Below the pieces are notes generated by a model. The model worked only from the letters and a program-made list of their open reading frames with translations. It had not been told where the DNA came from and did no database searches. A stretch of 64,000 nt of DNA, taken from contig JAMWBK010000003.1 of NCBI GenBank assembly GCA_029953675.1, forward strand, positions 2,232,001-2,296,000, read 5' to 3'. This stretch comes from Rhodosorus marinus CCMP1338. Taxonomy: Eukaryota; Plantae; Rhodophyta. Each line of letters opens with the position of its first letter. Within the stretch, counting starts at the first letter, position 1. The translations under genes were made by a program, and so were the position numbers. Of this stretch, positions 24,010-36,767 are shown piece after piece.

Positions 24010-27000
24010 TCAATTCCTTCCCGCAAGTAATATATCTACAGCAGCGACCATGTCGCCATTCGCCTGATCAAGCGCCTCATTTGCTGTTTCCTTGTCGAAA
24101 CCTAAAAGAATTAGCTGCTGTAGAAGCCCATTTCCGTCATCTTCGTCTTCGTTATTCATCTCCAGTTCAGGCTTTTTAGTCTGGCTCCCAGCGTCTTGCG
24201 ACGGGCCAGCTTCATCCGATGGAACGTGCTCCTCCTCTTGCATGACTTCTTCACTAGACACTTCTCCAACCGCCATGGGGAGAACGCTCTTCTTCTTGAA
24301 CGCGAACGTGATCTGCGCATGTTCCTGGTCCACATTGCCCAAGGTTGTGACAAAAACTGAAGACGAGCTGTTTATCTGTCCAAAGTAGGCCTTCTCAGCA
24401 AGAAACAGGTTGACAAAGTGGAGGGAAGCCAAACACTCTCCGTTCGTATACACCACGGCTCCATGAAGATCGGCGGTGATTCCTGGACCTGACTCGGCAC
24501 CAAAAACGTCTACCTCGCCGTTCTTCAAAACATCCCGCGGATGCAATGTCCAAGTTCCACTGCTTAACTCCGACTTGTCTACCCTCAACTCCTCGCCGGA
24601 GCGGTTCACAACTGCAAGATGAATGGACCGATGCGAGCTATCCTTTTTTAGCATGGGGTACATCTCAAATGCTGCCTTGGCGCTCTCCTCTATCAGACGC
24701 GTCTCTTCTTCAAGCTGCTTAACACTCTTCCTCTTCTCAAACTCCCCATCGTAGCTCTCCATGCCAGCAGGATCGCTCGACTGTTGCTCTTGCTGATCGT
24801 TGAGCAGAGTGTACAACTCGTCCCTGTTCTCCCTAGTGAAACACTTTATCATAGTCCATCGCCTTTCGTCTTCCACGTTCCTCGACTTCGTGCACAGCAG
24901 AAGAACGCTCTCGTCCTCCGGTGATCCTTCCACAGTCATAATATCATTCACATAGCATTTCCAGACCACCGCCAAGTTCATGTTCAACAAGTAAAAGTGC
25001 CGCTTAGTCACCAGCGCGACTCTTGGCTTCTGCACACCGGATGGCATTCCCGCATCGTGATGTTTGCGATTTCCAAGGACTCCTCTAGTAGAAGAGCTCA
25101 TCGCACTCCATATAGAAGCCAGTCCATGAGAAGGATCCGCTGTCAACAGCACCCATCCCACGAGGTCCTTGGAAGTCTCGTGAGTCAGCTTCTTCCTCCT
25201 TAGAGAGGTCATAATGTAGCTACCAAGCGACTGCTGAAAATCGTACGTGATGAGCCTCCTGTTCACATTATCCGTTCCGAGAAACGCACGCGGAGGTCTG
25301 GACGGTGCCGCAAAGTCCCTTGAAATCGTCACGATCGTTGAACGCAGACCTATCGTGGGTTCCGCGATCAAGTCCAGAGCTCCCGTGAGAGGCTTCAGGA
25401 CACCTCCTACGACTCCCTTTCCAAGGCCGCGGAAAAAGCCGGCTGGACCAGCGGCAATCGCACCTCGATACGGGTCCCTAAAAAGCCCCGTCACTCCCGA
25501 GCTGATTCCGTGTCCCAGCGACATCGCACCTCGAGCTAGCCCTTGCCTGAAGTTCTTCGTTGTCCGATGACTACCGCCATAGATAGCGCTACGTGTAGCT
25601 GCGTACCCCCTGTCAGATACTGCAGATTCCATCGTTCCCGCAAGAGCTTTCGGGATGGATCCTACTGCCCCTACTATCCCACCGAGAGTGTTACCAATCA
25701 GCGAAGTTCCACCTTTGTACAGTTCCGGCAAGAACTCCGCGCCGGACTTGACTTTGTAAGGCTCCACAAAGAAGTCCTTGGCACCTGTCGAAATATGTTC
25801 AAACAGGACCGATGGATTTCCGATGAGGTTGTTGGATGTGAAGAGCGTGAGCTTCTGCTTGTTAAGCTGTCCCGCGTAGAACTCGCCAATGAGAGAAAGA
25901 AGGTCCTCTTTCGTATCGAACGTGTGACGCAGCTGCAATGCGTTGAGGCGAAACTCGGCGTTCTCAACGTTACCAAACGTGGCGATGAGCGTTCTGATCA
26001 GACCCCAGTAAGAACCCGGGCGACGGGGTAGCGGCGTCCTTGAAGATGCCATGTTCAGTGTGATCTTCACCGGCGCGAGAAGTAGCGTTTCCACATAAAC
26101 GCACTGGAGGAGCTTTTCCTCGTCGTTTGCATGCGAGTACAGCTGCCGACTTTCGCCATCATCTGCTCCCAAACCTTCATGCGCAGATCTTACCGCTGGA
26201 TCCTGAAAGGACTGCGCCAGCAACCAGATCCTCATCACCAGCTCCTCATCAACGGACAGCTGCAACTGTTGAATAGCGCAATAGACCGCTTTAATCATCG
26301 AGATCCCACGGAAATCGATGCCATACACGATGTTCATTTCAAAGATTTGTCTCTGAGCGTTTGTCACCCCATGTTTCTGCAGATCCGAGGAGCTCGATTT
26401 TTGCTCCTTTGGCGCAGGTGACCATAGGACCACAGGCCACTTAGGTTGCGACAGCTGATTATCAATCTGTAAATCCTGTATCTGGATTCCGTAAGTCCGT
26501 TGTTCAGGGGACTTTTCAATGTGTAGCCTCGCATTTCGAACAAGTAGGTAAAGTAGTTCCTCCGGCCGGCTATCGACCATGGACACTCCAATCGAATCAA
26601 TCAGAATCTCCACGTCCAACACCCTCTGGATTTCGGGATCAGCTTCCGTAGGCTCATTCTTCGTCTCGACGATTGAGGTCTCCGTTTTCATTTCAGATTC
26701 GCCGAACGCAAAATCCGTTCCGTCCTCTTCCACGGCAGCGCTGCGTGCACCGGCCATCGTCAACGGTGAACGTGGTGTCGGAACAGATTTCCCACCGTCG
26801 AACTCGTCCCAGCCCATGACAACAACCGGGGACGCGGGCGAGTCTGGTTTTTCCAGGATCTTCGTAGCTGCAGCCGCAGCCCCCGGGGCTGGGAGGGGTA
26901 AGACGTCCGATGGGGAGTCTGAAAACGTTACGACTTTCGTTGGACCATCGAGGGATATGTTGATGTATAGCGACGTCGGAGGAGTGGTTTCAAAAGTATG

Positions 27001-30000
27001 TCTGTGGCTCGCCACTTCGTCTATTCCGATTTCAAACGACTCCGACTGCTTTTCAAGTGATGTCCCGGGGTCGCTTACCACACTAACCTGCAACGCTCGC
27101 CGACGAGGTGTGACCATGGGATCATCCCACGAGTATCGAGAAGAGCTTCCCGGCCCAATCAGCCAGAGAAGATTGTTTGAGGACGCTTGCGCAAACGCCA
27201 CCGACCTGTACCTGCACGAGTTGACCATCCGAAACGGTGGGTGTTCGCGATCCTCGGAGTAGACAACTATCTTCCTCGATCCTCCTGGTAACCGTACTAT
27301 CCGCGTCCTCGCTATGTACTGCTCCTCAACTTTTGGATTGTACATTTTGGCCGCGATCCCCTTTCCTTGGTCAGCGTTGATCGGGCTGCTCCAAATCCAG
27401 TCGCTCTGACCGTCAGCATCCACAATCCGGAGCCGAATGGACCTGTCCGAGCCCCACTTCTTGAAGTGCAGCGGTGCCACCTCACCTTGCCGTACATGGT
27501 TTACTGCGCTGGTCACTACTATGCCCCGTTTATCAATCGCGGACGAGTGGCACCATTCCAATGCCCTGCCGCTAAGATTCTCGAGCCATAGAGCAACACG
27601 AACTGTTACAACCGCGGTTCTCTGAAACCCCCCTCGAGCAGCTTTCACTTTTGCAAGCAGACTCCTATCATCCATTCCTTCCAACTCCATCGGCCTGGAG
27701 AGTTCTACCGCAGGACCACCAAGAGAACTCCAGCGATCGCTCTTGTTCACTCGGAATGCCAGTGATGGACCCAAGGCGCAAACAAACGGAGACGCTGGTA
27801 ACCCCGGGGGACTGGCGCTGAGTTGCACTACACCGCTGTCCAGAGTCTCTGTCCCATATGCTTTGATTTCCAGATCAACATCCGATCTGTTCCGAAGCCA
27901 AAGATCTGCGAAAAAGCAAGCACGTAAGGTGGAGCGGCTGCTTGCCAGCTCAACTCTCGCAGCGTACGTGTTCTCCCTACGTCCTTCATGCAGCGAGATT
28001 GGTATATCTCGAGCTCCAACTTCGCAGAGCGAAAATTTGCTTGAGAACGACTCAGATATGACGTCCTCAAATTCATACACGTCCGCAGGTCCGCTCACGC
28101 TGTTCACGTACGCCACTGAAGCATATATCTGTGTCGTCGGCCCGGCTCCGTAGACCGCAACCTCGTCCAAGGGTTTCATTTTGTAGCTTGCTACAAGAGA
28201 CGCCTTGTTTCCGTCCCGGGAATACAGTTTCACTCTTAAGGAGCGCGGCAGGGCGTTCTCCAATATAAGCGGCTTTCTCACGTTGAAATCCAACCATTGC
28301 CTGTCCGCCCCTTCGTCGCTGTCCACATGAACGGAAAACGGAAGGAGCTTTTGCCCGTTCTGCAGGTTTCGGCCATGACACGTAATCGACTGCCACGCGA
28401 CTCCGGGCCTAGAACCCCAGTCCCTAAGAGCTGAGCCGCCTCGTAGCAGAGTCCACGAAGTAGCTTCTGAGAAGCTCCCAACTTCTGAAGCAGAGTCGAG
28501 CGCTGATGCGTGCTTGCCCAGGTGCTGGAGTTGACTACGGTGCATCGACTGGGCTTTTTGGTTCGCCGAGGTGTGCTGGTCTCTTCTCCATAGAGGCGGA
28601 CTCCACTCGAACTCCAGGTCAGACTCTGGTATCGGGCGAATCCTTATCTGCTGGTTAAGGTCCTGAACAGGTATGCTCCGGTGGCCACCGTCCGATTCTA
28701 CTCGTAGGATGTTGTTCCCGCACCTCACCTCGATCGGTACCGAGAGATGATTCACAACTCGTTGGGATGTCCTGATTATCGCGAGCGGGATCCCGCTCCG
28801 CATCGTAACTTCCCATGCCAGCTCCAAACCTCTGGGTTGGAAGCTCACGCTGTCTATTCGCATCTCAGCAAGCTTCAACTCCTTCGGCCGAAATCCTGAA
28901 GGAGAAACGAAAACTCTCATCTTTCTAAGCTTTTCATGGCTATGGCTAGATTCTACTAGGTCGTCTCTGGACATCTCGACCGCTTTTTCTTCATCCGATC
29001 TCAGGACGTTTTTGGTTTGGGAAAAATTGGTCCAAAATGTAATATCCATTCCGCTCTCGTTGCGGACGACGAACGCGGATGACTCTGGTCGTCTCACCCG
29101 CTCTCTAGTCTTATCGACCGCCTCCGGTGTCTCCCGACCCACGGATTGAATCGCCTGCTTGATGGCCCTTGTCACCAACATGACTCCGTCGATTGTGACT
29201 GGAGTTGCATTCAGATCCAGTCGATCGGCGGAATGTAGCATTATCGACTTCGACTCAGCTCCAGTACTTACTGCTAGCTCCATAGGCCATGGCTCAATAC
29301 CTGGAACCCACCAGCCCTTGCGTGGATCATAAAGGTCCGCCGACAGCTCTCCACTTAGCTTGAGTATGGAGCCGGCTACGGAGCACAGTGCAGCTCTAGA
29401 GATCAAAACCTCCATAATAGGAATATACAAGTTTCCCGGCTCATCGGTAAACAAGACGCGAAACTTGGAAAGCGAAAGCACGAAGGTAAGGGCTCTTGTT
29501 TCCACGGACTCCGGAACTTCGATCACTGGCCTCGTTGGGTCCTGCTTCGGCTTCTTCATTCGTAGACATCTACTAACAACGTCCACAACGAACTTCACGT
29601 CTTGCACTGCCAAACGGGCGGTTATATCATCGCTGCTGCTTAGGTGTAGAAGCTGACCATCTTCTACTCTCTCCCCGCTAGGTCCGAGCTCAAGCAAGAG
29701 CTCGGTCGGGAAGATTAGCGGTGTTTCAAACTCCGACGGAAACCGTATCCTTACTCTACCTTCGCCCTCTCGAACCTTCCCTTCCGTAATCGCCAGCCCC
29801 AGAGAATTTGAGCCGATGTCAAGACTCGTCTGACCAGTGTAAGCAGTCTTATTTATCTCCATGGAGATGTCTCCTCTGAGCACTGCGCAGCGATCATCTC
29901 GTTCGAAAGTATCCGCAAAGAGGAGAACCTCGAGCTGAACCAGATTGACCACCACAGTACGTCCACAGAAAGGGATCTCAAAGCCTGGGAGTGATGTCTG

Positions 30001-33000
30001 AACCACAGGCTCCCCGGGCAACGCTAGTATCGTGAAGACCATAATGAATTCTGGAAGTATGAGCAGTCGAACGTCCGAGACCACCACCATGACGTGGGAC
30101 CGTCTCAGAAATGGGCGATCGAACGTGACATGAATCTGTGGAGCCCTATTTTCGTTCATTGCAGAAGCCAGCACCTCACTCACCCTGCCCGTCCGCCGGT
30201 CCACGAGCCGTTCCAGCTCAGTCTGAATGTCAAAGTATATCCTGGAATCGGAGCTGAAGTCGAAGATCATGTTTAGACTCCGTGCGGAGATTTCGAAAAT
30301 GCACTTTGCCAAGTCGTTTGGTTCGGCATTGGCGACAAGCCTCAAATTGACTTTGGGGCAGTTGAGAATCAGACGCATTGCGGGTGGAAGCCTGTTTGAA
30401 TGAGCAACGACATCCTCAGCCAGATTCTTCTCCGCCTGGACCATCAGTTCATCCCAACTAGGCGCTTGGTGCTCAATGAAGTTCTCCGTGAACACAAAGT
30501 ACAGAATCGAATACTGCGCCTCGCAAAGCAATACATCCAGACCGTCAACTGGCGCAGTCCTGATTCTTATAGCAGGAAGCCGGTGGTGAGGGTTCGACTC
30601 TACCAACGCCTTATCACCCTTCTGCATCTTCGCGCTTTCAATATCCTCAAACTTGTCTCCCTCCCTCCAGTAGTCCATTTTCGCGTTGATGCAAAGCCTA
30701 TCGATAATTGGCGTACTGTGAGGCTGCTTAGCAGCTTCTAGGAAGCTAATCTTCTCCGAACCCATTGGGTATAACGCATATACGTTCAGCTCGTCAACAT
30801 TCAAATTGAATGCAAAGTTGTATCCCATCGAAGGCGGTTGGTCGTTGTCCAGGCTGATCGAACGTATGAGAGCGCGAACAGCTTCGTGGTTGTTCTTCGA
30901 ATGCCGTGGAAACGTGACCTCTATTCCTTCTGTAGTGAGCTTCACTCGCGCCTTGCGTGGGGCGTTCGACTCTTTCTTCATCTTGGAGCTCTCTTTCACA
31001 AACACTTCCGCGGTAGATACTTTGTTCGTCTTGGAAACGATTGTTTTGCACTCCGCGGCGAGGGATCTGAAGTACGTCTCCAGCTCGAACAAAAACTTCT
31101 GCACAAACACGATCCGGAGGGCCTTGAATCGAGCTGTCACTGACGGTTCGCCATTCCCAGGCATCGGCAGAAATGCAGAGACTCCAAAGTTCTGCCCGAT
31201 CTTGCTCGATCTGTTCTTTCCGCCGGTATACTCGAGGAAGCTCCGCTGTTCCTCAAATTCGGTAAGCAGATTTTTCATGGAAATTGATCCAAACTGAACG
31301 AAAGGGAAGAGACTAGTCCAGTCAGGATACAATGGTTGCATCTTTCACGGCTGCCTATTGAAAGATTTGCAGTGTTTGTGGACACCTGCTTACCCGGCCT
31401 TCAATATTGCTATCGCCCGACGAGCCTCGGTTAACCGAACAGAAAAGCTCCCTGACTTCCAAGGATGATATATCCCCTGTGACTTTCGAAGTCACCAGGA
31501 TTTTCAGGCCATCAAATTCAGATTGCAGTTTGACGCTTCCCAGCTTTTGTATGACCGCTCGCGATCGGCGTATTACGACACCCGCCTATATGATAACACG
31601 ATTAAGTCAAAGACAAAATCTTCCTCGCAGCGCTTCATCGTCGCAGCGTTTGTACTAGTAAACTAGTTTTCGGCCCAAAAACGCTTACCTTTTCCCGTAG
31701 CAACTTGGCCGCTGCCGCTGCCGATGTACCTGCAGCAGCGAAGGGATCGTCGAATTCTGCTCTTTCCTCACCCTCTCCATCCTTGACTACATAGAGAAAT
31801 CTCAAAACTTCTAAAATTGTCTCGTTCACAACCACGCAGTCCAGCATCCTAGTCTTTACTTTGATGTCCTGCAACAGCTGTGCGTCCTTTTTGAACCTAA
31901 CGTGTACGAAAGTCTTCCTATCGCCGTCATCGTCTTCGTTGCCAGAGCCTGAATACACGATCCTCCTCGGCTCCCCCGGAAAGTCCATTACTTCGAAGAG
32001 CTGGAGCCTAAAATCCACGGCGGTTGACTGCTCAGAGGCTGACACTCGAATTTGGGATCCGTATGCAGCAGCCTGCACTATGTCGTTCTCGAACTTGTCC
32101 GTGAGCTTCAAGACGACCTCCTGCAAAGCAAACCGAATATCGAGGTCATTTCCGACGCGTGGTCGCCGCACAGGGTTGGAATCTGGATGAGTACCATCCT
32201 CCAAATCCTTCTCACTCTCATGATCGCCTGTTTTCCCGACTTGCTCTAATGCAGCGCTACTTTCACGGTCCTCTTCGGAACTAGCAAGCAAGTCCTGCTT
32301 CCACGTCCTTGTCAAAAGAAGCAGCCGTCGATATGCATCCTGAGCAATTGTAATTTGAATCCCCGGCATGACCCCGAGTACACGGATTCGAGAAGTGGAC
32401 TCGGGGTCATCAATCGGAATGCTCTCGTCCTCGACTACTTGCACCGAAGATTTGATCGAAACCGGTTCGAGAATCCGCAGAGAATCATTTCCGGAGCTTC
32501 TTCTGTCGACTAATGAAGCGCTGAGGTCCGAGATTGCGGCGACGTATTCCGTGTAGGGCAATGCCTCACTGCCCCGGATGCAACGTCCAGTTGTCTCTAG
32601 TCCCACCTTCCCCAAGTCGACCATCAGTGCGAAGTCGTCACTTTGGCGATCCGGGATCAGGATTTTAGGAGCTCTCAGTGAAATATCGAGAAAAATTGGA
32701 ATTTGCTTGGACGCCATTGCCTTCTTTAACTGCATCCTCAACAGCTTAAGTCTCTCGCTCGCAGCAGCCCCAAGCACTTGCATTATTGCATCAACTCTCT
32801 GGTTCCTTGTCTTCCAGAACTTGGCAGCGGAGATCAGCGAACCCTTTGGCCCGTCCACGACTGCCTCCAAACCCGAAACAGCAACTTCCACTTTCAATTC
32901 CGGGTCTGCCCCCTGGGCCTCGTCCTCGGATTCCGTACCCGGAGACCTTTTCATTAAGCGAACAGCGGCCAGGAGGTCCCTCTTCTGCTGACGACCGTCG

Positions 33001-34856
33001 TCAGAGTCGGTTCGAAGGTCTTGCAATGCTTCCGACACATTAGCTGGAAAAGCAGTGCGCATTTCTAATGCCGAGCTTTCCGTGTGCTTCACCGACCTGG
33101 AGTACAATAATTTACTTTTTTGGTCGAGTCCAACCAATTCAAGAGCGCCCAGTAAGATCTCTGTCACAACTTGGCCAAGCAGCGGCCGAGTAGTAACCCC
33201 CACTCGGAGTTGTCTCAGATTCAGCGTAGCAATGCTGGAATTGCCAACTCCGTTTTGCCCTTGCTCAACTAAATTTAGAGATCCGCTCTCTAGCAAAATT
33301 CCCAGCTTCATCTTGGGGGCCTCGGTGTTTTCGTCTCCTCCGTCATCCTCTTCTTCAAGATCGCTACCTCCGAGATCCTCCACAACCTCCCTTGCGTAGC
33401 TGAGCGACTTTTGGGAGCTCAAGCTACCGTCGGTGGCAGCTGAAAAACTATCCTGTGACTTTACGGGTTCAGTTTCGGCACCCACCTGCGCTGTCTCTAT
33501 AGCTGCAGATGCCTTGAAAAACCGAGCAAATCGTTGTCCTGCTGTTGGGGTGCTCTCCACGCCACCGACCTTCTGTAATTTCATTTCCTCTTCAAGTATT
33601 GCGTCCACGGCATCTCGGAAGCCAGTAATTTCCAGAACTGACAGCTCGTGTTCTAACTCGATCGCAATTTTGCTGTCTTGATCGGCTCTACTCTCTTCCC
33701 CTCCTCGCCTAGCTTTGAGCACAATGATTCTAGACGTGATATAATCAATTGCTCGGCGACTCCAGGCTTGGACCCCTTGCTCCGTCCACAGTGCTGAAGT
33801 CTTCCTACGCTCCGTAAAGCCCGGTAGCAACTTCTCCAAGCTCCAGATCCAGAGTTCCTGCGGGTCGTTGGGGAAGATTCCGCTTCTTTCCTTTTTCGAA
33901 CTTGCCAACTCGTTTGTAAGCTTAAGGAAGGAAGAATACTGGAAGTGGTCCATTGTCATCTCCATCGATGGGAAGAACACTTCTAGCTTTACGTCTGGTT
34001 CAGGCTCAGAGCTCGACAAAGCTCGCGCACTCGCCCTCCTCACCGTCGCTCTTACAGTGCCACTAATCGGCGATATGAGCTCGGCAGCCCCTTCCGGAGG
34101 TTCTGCGAGGTACAGGATCTGAGATCTCAGAGTCCCGTGAACTTCTGGATTATAAATCCTTTCCAAACTCCCGCATCGGATGGCCAGACCGTTCAACTGG
34201 ATTAGCTTGTGGAGCATCTCTGATGCGTTATCTTCAACGTAAACAACGTTCCACCCCGAGTCCGCAGAAAGAAGTCGAAGGGCCGCGAGGTCGATGTCTA
34301 TAGAAAAAGGTTTTTCTGGGTCTGTCTGATCTTCAAAGCGAATTTTGACGTCGCAAAGCTCAATTTGAATATTATCAACGACCTTACTGAGTAGTCGCGA
34401 CGTCACCCCGCCAAACAGCCTCGAATATCGAGTGCTCTTCGCTGAGGAAGACGACACTGTTTTCTCAGTCCATCTGCTCTCCCGAACCAGGTCATCAGCT
34501 GCGAGTTTTCCGGATTTAAGTCGATTTTGCCGTAATCGAAATGCCTCTTGGCTAGAAACCTTCACAGGCGAGGCCACAATTGAAAGGTCGGACAGCGTGA
34601 TTCGTATCGGTTTGCTACGCAAGCTCTTCCATGGAACTTCGACATTTAGAGTACCGATCTGTCCAGCGAGAACCGTGACGGGCACATTGATACCCAGGGT
34701 TTCAAACAGGATAGAGAGGGCCTCCGAGTGAAGCGCTAAGCTTTTCAGCTCAAGCTTTCCGTTCCATACCCCAATTTGTATCTTGTCCTTATCCAATCCA
34801 AGGACGTACTCGCCCAAGACACGCGTGAGCGCCTCGGACACCAACCCCTCGAACAT
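24010..34856 (-). CDS. VPS13: VPS13-family bridge-like lipid transfer protein, ~3547 aa, with extra C-terminal aegerolysin-like and UBA domains
   Basis: Chorein-N start MFEGLVSEALTRVLGEYV..IGVWNG.LEL. Six VAB repeats with the conserved N (e.g. FVVRNESG, LWLENLSG, FRMVNSC). APT1/ATG2_C region (GNPSVL..I..G..DFF.EP; KG..GG..KP..G..DL), then PH. Exons 34856-31689, 31585-31394 and 31293-24010 join in frame. Confidence 0.95.
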
Positions 34857-35711
34857 GATTGCTCGCTATCTCCGCTCTTAATTCACCCGTGAACGTTCAG
34901 AAACGAATCACCTCCTCTACCAGCCATCAGTATCCAGATCGGACAGATCAATCCCAGCGAATATTTTAAAACCATCCGCCTCGTAGCCTAGGCAGAGCCT
35001 CTCAGTATTCCGCGCATCAGCAGCGAGAGAGTAAATCAAAAAAAAGCAAACAAAGCAACCAAGAATACGAAATTCCAAATCCCTCCAGCTGCAGATTAGC
35101 TAAACGACCTCGGGCAGAACAAAAACACGAAAGAAAATCTCTCCACGCGGACGTGATTCACCCACAACGGCCCTCAAAACAAACCTCACTCACATGCGTT
35201 AGCGCTCCCCAGTCTCTCTCGCTCTCAATCAAGGCTCAAAAAAGGTGAATTTCATACTCTAATACACAGCATAGATGCCAAACTTTGTAGTTTCCCCCCC
35301 CACTTTATATTATCAGGCGCGTAGCAAAACGTGCTTGTCTATGTCTCACCTTCCTCCCTCCGTAGACAGCACGCAACCTAAACGCTCTTCCCCTTCCCGT
35401 GCAAAAACTATTCCTTATACCAAAAGTTCCTCAAAATCGAATGTCCAGAACAAAACCCTCTCTGTATCTGAATTCCAAGATGAACATGTTTTTCAAAAGA
35501 AAATATAATTAAAATATCACTTCCGCTTAGAACAACGATTTCAACTGATTTTGTACCGAAACCAAAAAAAAGCGGGCTGTCGTACCAATTTTCCTAAGGT
35601 TTTTGAATAAATTATGAATTAGAGATATAATTGAACCGAATAGTCATAGAAAGTATCTTGATAGGTTATGTTTGTACCAATGGTTATTGATTATTGGTAT
35701 AGACTGGCGCT

Positions 35712-36590
35712 TTAGAACGGATAGTAGCATTCCCCACCACTTTGGGAGCACCATTCGCCGGTGATCCTACTACTTTTTAAGTAGCCATGGCGGTGCCTTC
35801 TCCCCACCTGCGAGAAGTTCTTCTGTATGCCTCCCCATCGAACGAGGGAATTGCGAGCAGTTGGAAGCCAGGACGTGGGGGCTCGTCTAGGTTTCGCTGG
35901 TAAGCAACTAGTTATGGAGATCAGAACGGTTGTTTTCCGGAACCATCGATTGGCAGCTCCGCATGTGACAGGATGCTCACTTTCGTGGCCATACTGACGA
36001 CCGAACGAGCGTGACTGCCTTAGAAATCTGTCGAAGGCTGAGCCTGATGCGAGCAGACCTATCACGTGCGCGAACTGACTTGCATATGAGATTCCGGCCG
36101 TAGAACCAGCACAGTGGTTGGTGTACGGAAACTTTGTAGTTGTTCTTTGTTGGAGGCTGACATCTACATGCCCGATGGCTAGCAGAACATGCACGAAGTC
36201 CGGGTTCCTTCCAAGCTTTTCCCTTCCGCGCGCTTGCACTAAAAGTCCCAACCTCGAAATGAGGAGACCAAAGCTAATGGACAGTTGTGGCCACTGGAAC
36301 GGTAGCTTTATTAGAAGGAGGCCATAGTCGCGCAAGTGCTTGGCGAGTACACAAAGCACGCCTCTACGTTCTCGACGTCATTGTAGGTCGCCGTCGCAAA
36401 TGCATCTGGACAGGGACTTTCTGGCGACAGGCCTGCAGAAGTTTAGCCGCAGCGACTTGTTCTGGAGCATGCAGATGATGCTAGGCCCTTCGTTGCCGGG
36501 ACGGGGGGGAGCTTACACGAGCGTACCAACTGCGGTATATCTCACGAAGTATGGGGTATACCCCTACCAAGGCGATAGATGTTTCCCACG
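35712..36590 (-). pseudogene. Possible TauD/TfdA/clavaminate-synthase-like Fe(II)/2OG dioxygenase remnant
   Basis: One frame of ~290 codons with a single TGA. It contains LRDYGLLLIKLP..SRLG.LVQ, an HVD (HxD) motif, EHPV..RK, and a distal RRH..SRIT. Confidence 0.33.
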
Positions 36591-36717
36591 CTTATCATCG
36601 CTCCGTTGTCGATCAGTCCAGCAAACGCTCTTATCTGCTCCTTGCGGGTATGGCTGCACTAACAGATTCGGCTCAGCAGATTGTTTCTCCGCGAGTGACT
36701 GTGTTCTCCCGTGGACG

Positions 36718-36767
36718 AACCTTGCAAGCTGAGCATCATGCGAGCATCATGCTCAGCTTGCAAGGTT
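36718..36767. repeat. Inverted repeat / hairpin with perfect 19-bp arms
   Basis: AACCTTGCAAGCTGAGCAT (36718-36736) and ATGCTCAGCTTGCAAGGTT (36749-36767). The 12-nt spacer can form a further 3 bp after a C:C mismatch. Confidence 0.95.

Noticed and set aside
24092-34731. Numerous 60-230 aa plus-strand ORFs opposite VPS13 (and similar ones opposite IDE, ORC5, PFK and KDM5)
   Set aside because: These are antisense shadows of long coding regions, Ser/Thr-rich and without motifs.
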